The notes under the pieces were generated by a model. That model ran no database searches. It saw only the letters and a program-made list of their open reading frames with translations, and was not told the origin of the DNA. A stretch of 64,000 bases of DNA from Lytechinus pictus (lineage: Eukaryota): the NCBI RefSeq assembly GCF_037042905.1, contig NC_087249.1, forward strand, positions 10,356,001 to 10,420,000, in the 5' to 3' direction. Shown piece after piece: positions 58,052 through 64,000 of this stretch (position 1 is its first letter; every line of letters starts with the position of its first letter). Position numbers and translations under genes: made by a program.

Positions 58052-59293
58052 GCAGGTGATACATTTAAGTTCACTTAAAAATAAGAAACTTTTTAATGCA
58101 GCTTTAAAATAAATTAATACTGACAAAACCGTACACGCGTAATGATTTCCCTAAATGTCTATAATATATACATTAATTTTCAGGTCTGAATATATATTTA
58201 AAAAATTGGATCGTGCTTCGCTCTCGCATTATTTATTATATTCAAATGGATACTTACTTATGGAGACTTATGGATACTTCTAAACGCAGGCTTAAGCCTC
58301 TGTATATTCAGTTCAATATCCTGTCTCCTCCTTAGGTTGGCTGGAACATGACATGGTGGGTCAGCATCAACTTGACTTAATAATTACAAAAACAGTTAAT
58401 TGGAAATTTTCAATTTAAGGTCTAAATCTCCAAATTTTCAGCTAGAGTAGTTTCACGATGTGACAAACAATGCAAAACGTTCCTTTTTCGCATTGGTATT
58501 TCACTTCTCACTTCACGGTTGCATTATTTTTTGTTTAGTGAGAAAAGTAGGCCTATCCTATTTCATTTCCCGTTTTTTCCATTTGATTAGACAGAGAGAG
58601 ACAAGTATCCATTTGAGTCTTGACGAAGCTACAGACAACCCTTGAGGAGTTCCTATTGTAAAAATTTCAGCTCGCGCTTCGCGCTCTCATTGTTGAATTG
58701 GGTCTTATGACACATATTTTCAATTATATAGTCAAATACATTTCTATTTTTATCACTGAATAGAATGCAAAACTGAATAAATTGAACATATATTACACCG
58801 AAAATGAAATTTAAAATGCGTAAATTGTTTTTCATACTTTCTACCAATTGAGCACCTAACAAGGTGGATATGTGCGCAATATAAATACCCTATATTATTA
58901 TTATTATTATTAAAAATGACTATATCATTCCCCTTTATTATAAAAGCGAATTCGCTGAAACATGACGCCACAGCAATCTAACGATTATGCCAGCTAAGTA
59001 GCCATTACTGCGATAAGAGTTGAAATTATTTAAAATGTTAACTCTAAAAAGATTATTATTTTGTTTATGTTTATTTCATGAATGCCAACTCGAGACCAGT
59101 AGGCCTATGGTAAGGTATGCGATGGCCTTTACGAATGACTTTAATATAGGTACCCTTTTTCCCCAAAATTTCCCTTTAAAATAGGTATGGGTTTGAAGGC
59201 GACAGCTGCACTCTAGCCTCCATCCGATTTGTTTTTAGTACCCCCACCTCGTCTCTCTCTGTTATCCCCCTTTGTTGATTCCATCTCGATCTC

Positions 59294-59505
59294 CATGGCC
59301 GTACGCAGAAATTTTTCGCTGGGGGGCAGCACACATAAACTTTCTCAAAAGCGAAGTGATTGTCAATTTGTCATTGGGGCGTTTTGCAGTCTTAAGTGAA
59401 ATTGAAGGATTAGGTGCATTCTTTGGGTGAATTTTGTGAAAATTTTCAGTAAAAAATTTAAGTTTTCAAAATTTCGGGGGGCCCCCCCTGCTGCGTACGG
59501 CCATG
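59294..59505. mobile_element. hAT-type MITE
   Basis: Perfect TIR CATGGCCGTACGCAG; TSD TCGATCTC/TCGAGCTC (7 of 8). Confidence 0.82.
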
Positions 59506-59644
59506 TCGAGCTCCCTTTCCCCCGGGCCTTTCCCTTAATTCTATCTCCTTCATTTTTTCTTCTTTCCCTTCCCCTTTATTAAGGGGGTGGGGGCTGCGGG
59601 GCAAGGTGCCCACTTCGGCCCTAGCTCTCCATCCTCGCGCTTAA

Positions 59645-60238
59645 AGGGGAATCCAACCCAAATGAAAACTTGTTTTTATAAGGAAAAGCAAAATCAGACA
59701 AGTTGATAAGAGAAAGTTTGAAAAATATTGGACAAACAACAAGAAAGTTATGAATTTTTAAAAGTTGTAAATATTGGTAATCACTATAACCATGGAGACT
59801 TCAAATTGGCCGCATATGGGATGTCATAGTGATGTAAGGCAAGGACTACTCTTCCATGTACTCCAATACATATTATGGCTAAAATGTCATTTTTCCCAAA
59901 AGTTTTATTTCAAATTATATTTTTCTTTCATGAGGACATAAGACAATATACTACCTGGGTTATATTTAGATTACTGCCCCGGGGGAATTGGTACTTAGGA
60001 GAAAACCACAAACCCCTGATAATAAAGTACATGGCCTATGGGAAAGTTGTCCTTGCCCTTGTCATAATTTACTTACCCAGTTGCCAATTTGAAATCTACA
60101 TAGTATTAGTGATCACAATTTTAAAGCAGCTATAACTTTCTTATTGCTTGTCCGATTTCTTTCAAACTTTCACCATTCTGTTTGATTTATTTTTCTCCTT
60201 CCCAACACAACATTTTATGGCCAAGGCTGGATTCCCCT
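59645..60238. mobile_element. MITE with TTAA TSD (Kolobok-like)
   Basis: TTAA|AGGGGAATCCA...TGGATTCCCCT|TTAA. Confidence 0.85.
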
Positions 60239-60284
60239 TTAATTGTCGTTACCCCTCTTCAGAATTAATTTGTTCCCTCAATTA

Positions 60285-60474
60285 TTTTGACGCCCGCGGG
60301 ATGGATGATGAGATCGCGGGATCGAGACATGCACTCACGATAATTAAAAGCGCGCATCTCAAATTTATCACCGCCACCTGTACCTTGCACCGTGCATGGT
60401 CTACGAATTCGGCCGGAGCCTACTCTGCCTAAGGCTAAGAAGTTAGCCCTGCTCCTAGTCCTACCGTAGTAAGT
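60285..60474 (+). promoter_or_regulatory. Candidate promoter and non-coding first exon of the plus-strand SMC6
   Basis: CpG cluster followed by GTAAGT donor at 60469; the first coding exon has an upstream acceptor, so a 5' UTR exon is expected. Confidence 0.45.
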
Positions 60475-62509
60475 AGTCATGTACAATTTGATCCTTTTAA
60501 CTCTGTTTTCTTTGTTCAAAGTTCATGTACCATATCTATTGATTTGCAGATTGAGTTGTCACATTTATGCCCTAGACTTAGATGCACATATTTTGAGGGT
60601 TTGGTAAGGAATTGAGAAGGTACATGCGTGCGTTGGTACGTGCAATTGTAATACACACATATTCAATGGGGATACCATAGTTCTGTGATAAAGTAATTCG
60701 AATTAAAGGAGAGCTAAATCCCCAAGTGTAGCACACTGCGTTGTTAATATGTGTGCTCACCACGCAATTACAGTAATGAGGATCGTCCCAGAAACAAGGA
60801 TATTACAAGTAGTTTAAGAAAGAAAGAAACAAAGACTCAAAGTCAAAGAAGGAAAAAGAAAGTAAACGAAAAGGAAAGAGAGAAAGAATGAATGAAGAAA
60901 GAAATGAGAAAAGTGAATGAAAGAGTAAAGACTAAAGTGCCCAAATATCAGACACTAACGATTTAACGATCTAAGTAAGTTGAGCACAATTGGACCAAAA
61001 CAAAAATACAGTAATTGAATCAATTAAAAATCATTTGTATTTTTTTTAGTACAAATGCTGAATATTAATGATTTAGGCCTATGCCTAGGCCTAATGTTAT
61101 AAAAAAAAATAGAATAAAAAAAAATATGGTAAACGGAAATTATTTTCTTAGATCTACTACCAGACAATGACAGAAGTTTTTTTTTTGCCAAATATTGGAC
61201 GCAGTTTCCAAATATCGGGCACATAAAGTTGTGCGCCGCGATCAATTTCGGCGAATTTAAATCGCGCTCTAAACCCCAAAATAATTGCTTGATTGTTTAG
61301 AAAATAACTTACATCAGCTGCGCAAATGCAGATTTTAATAATTACTATCAATAATTTTGATTACAGAAATCGGTTAGTAATCTTCATTAGACTTACCAAA
61401 CGGACCTCTTGTTTTGGCTCTAAACGTCAGACATCTTTGTTCAGCTGTGCACGACTTCATTCTGAAAACAAGTGCACGTGTCCACAGCACGCATTTCCAA
61501 TTCAGTCGGCCGATATGTCCGGTGTTTGGGAGAGTGCCATATTTGGAAGGGTGTCGAATTTCCCGCCGTGGGGAAACCCCCACGGCGGCCATTGCAGATA
61601 TTCTTGCGATAGATCGAACATGTGCGATCTCGGCGGCGATATTTCCGGCGGAAATCACTTCCCCCTTACAATTTTTTTTTCATTCATCAATCTTTTGGAG
61701 TCTATAATGAGCGAGGGTCATAAGAATCTTTGGAAATCAAAATCATGGATTTTACCCCTGGAATCTTTTTTTTTAGCAGCAACCTGGATCTACTGTGTGC
61801 GCAGTTCAATAGCAGGTACATGTATGTCCCACTCATTCAATGAACAAAGTTAGGATTTAACCTTGTTCTCTGTTAGTACTCCATGTGTGGCAAAATGAGG
61901 TTGGCAGTGTTTGGCTTATTTTCTCTTAAAAAAAAAAAACAAATGCTTGATTGATTGACACGGTCAGTTTCCAATACAGCTAATCATCATATAGCTTTGC
62001 TCTTAAGTAAATTTGATTCTTTGAATTATTTTTTAAAATTAAAAATAGAGATTGAAAAATTGAAATTTTCTTGCCATATTACTTTCCACCAATAGAGGAT
62101 GTGCACAAAAATATGCCAGAAATCCAAGTTTTTGAGTGCTTTGGTGAATACAAAAATTAATCCCAATTTTACTGAAAAAGTAAATTTGCAATTTGCAACA
62201 GAATGGAATGAAGTATTTTTGGTCACAAAAGTGTTATTTTAATTGTTAAAAATATTCATAGGCTCAGGCTCATCCAATTAAATTATAGCCTACTACACAT
62301 CTGCTGAAATAAGAAAAAAGATAAAGAGTGTTTTCAAAATACCGTCCCAGGTGTCTAAAGAATTTCTCTTGATTTTCTCTCACCACTCACATCACCACCC
62401 CCCCCCCTCTGGGTTTTAGTTTGTTATTTAAAAGTGCTACATAGTTCGCACATTACTTCATAGTTCAAAGTACGTGGTCTTTAATTCACAGGTTCTTCCA
62501 CGTTCAGCC

Positions 62510-62668
62510 ATGCCTAAACACAAACCTAGTTCAGGCAGTCAAAGCGAGGAGCCCAAATCTAAGAAGGCTCGTATCAAGTCCAGCCAAACGGATGAAAATG
62601 AAGAAGGCGAGGAGGAAGAGCTTTTTAACCGGTCTCAAAACGCAGACTTCACTGCTCCATTCGAATCG
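62510..62668 (+). CDS. SMC6: Second SMC6 gene, coding exon 1 (MPKHKPSSGSQSEEPKSKKAR...PFES)
   Basis: Acceptor CAG ending 62491, GCCATG start, donor GTAAAA; homologous to exon 1 of the minus copy, phase 0. Confidence 0.88.
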
Positions 62669-62963
62669 GTAAAAAATTAATATTTTATTTTCGGGGGCTA
62701 CTTTTCTCAACTTCCTGCTTAAATCTGCAACATTGAATAAACTCAATAAGCATTGCAGTGAATGGGGAATTTCCAGGGATCTTTTGAGCATTTCATTTTA
62801 GGGGGGAAATTTCCCCGAGCCCCAGGCCTTGTAATGTTTATTCTGAGGTGTATCCATACATACCGGACAGGTCCTTGGTCAAGAGAAGTCAGTAATTGTC
62901 AGAAGTCAGAATTTTGCACGCAATATTTCAAGTTGTTAGAAATGAAATAGCCTGTAATCCAGT

Positions 62964-63190
62964 GGGCCCCGTCTTACAAAGAGTTACGATTGATCCGATC
63001 AATCGTAACTATGGACGGCCAGCAACGTCAACATCTATCATGCATGTTTGTTCAACCTATTTTCTAACTATGATGTATATTCATGCATTCATTGTTTTCT
63101 TGAAAATTCACTGCGCTTCTCTTTGCATACAAAGGTCACTGTGCATATTTTTCGTAGAAAAATTATGACACTGATGGATTTCCATAGAGT
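62964..63190. mobile_element. Truncated copy of the 33070/35044 MITE in intron 1 of the plus-strand SMC6
   Basis: Left TIR and body match; right TIR incomplete. Confidence 0.8.
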
Positions 63191-63387
63191 TTGGTTGGCT
63201 GCTACAAGCCCTGTTCCTGTGATGATGATTAACATAATTTTAGGTTTCTCATGAAAAAGGCCAAAGATACTGAAAATGCCACACTGACACACAAACCAAA
63301 TACCATTGCAGTTACAACATTTTTGTTCCAGATTAAGTAAGAATTTGCTTGTTCTTTTATGCTCTTTGTAAATTTTTATCCTTCCAG

Positions 63388-63502
63388 GTAGAAGCAGAGT
63401 ATGGAATCATTGAGAAGATAACTGTAAAGAATTTTATATGCCATGGTAGACTTGAGTGTAGTTTCGGTCCAAACGTCAACTTTGTTGTTGGCCGCAATGG
63501 GA
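63388..63502 (+). CDS. SMC6: Second SMC6 gene, coding exon 2 ([38 protein letters not shown]); gene continues beyond the window
   Basis: CAG acceptor, GTAAGT donor, 115 nt as in the minus copy; 28/38 aa identical by manual count. Confidence 0.95.
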
Positions 63503-64000
63503 GTAAGTGTAATCCTTTGTAGTTTTATAATTGATTCACAGTTACGATTAGTCATAATGGAACAAATTTTTGAAAAAAAAATAATCAAATGTGATTTTAT
63601 TGATGGTGTTTGTGGAGAATGGAAGTGGAACATTTGCTTTTGTTTAAATGATTTCGAAATGGTATAAAATGTATCAATCAAGTTCTGTTTAATGTCTATA
63701 CCTATATTACAACAGGTAGTTGTTGGAAAGGAGAGGAGCCTTGCTGCTTTTTTCCTTTTACCCCATGCTCGAAACTATGAGCTAATATGCATCTGTTAAC
63801 TAGCAGGTTAGATATTGAACGTATGAAGAAAAGTGTTTAAAACTTCAACATGAGAACATTGTGTCTCGGCAACTCTTTGCTGTCCCTTTTAATGTTTTCT
63901 TGATCAATGGTCAAATGTGTTTATGCCTCTTATGAGCGAACACATTTTTTGTAACTTTGTACTATTTTCAACTGCAAAAAGTGACATGACATTAAAAAAT

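Noticed and set aside
57750..58064. Poly-Lys and poly-Phe ORFs
   Set aside because: Poly-A tracts inside a MITE.
61326..61853. 175-aa ORF upstream of the plus-strand SMC6
   Set aside because: No recognisable domain; overlaps a CpG-rich repeat-like patch in the probable 5' UTR intron.
33070..63190. Shared MITE family as evidence of the SMC6 duplication event
   Set aside because: Copies sit in non-equivalent introns (introns 2 and 3 versus intron 1), so they are independent insertions.

Overview
Intron-rich, repeat-rich animal genomic DNA; the repeat landscape suggests an echinoderm such as a sea urchin, but that is inference. The minus strand carries a complete SMC6-family gene with 23 coding exons (ATG 36606 to TAG 4873). 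All introns in my model are GT-AG and phase-compatible, giving 3141 nt or 1046 aa. The frame is intact, Walker A and the hinge are kept, but most other ATPase motifs are altered: R-loop R>C, Q-loop Q>E, signature LSGGE>LSRGE, Walker B DE>DG, D-loop region D>N, switch TPQ>TPV. It therefore looks like a pseudo-ATPase SMC6 paralogue. A second SMC6 gene starts head-to-head on the plus strand (ATG 62510, two coding exons visible, same intron phases). Between them lie several CpG-rich promoter candidates and a ~5.2 kb tandem duplication (possibly uncollapsed haplotypes) whose copies differ by a triple-nested transposon insertion and an apparent excision footprint. Introns contain many MITEs (TTAA, 8-bp, 6-bp and 3-bp TSD classes), tRNA-derived SINEs, Helentron-like and Penelope-like remnants and microsatellites. 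A higher-order minisatellite lies just after the stop codon. Comparisons with canonical SMC6 rely on recalled family motifs, not on a computed alignment.
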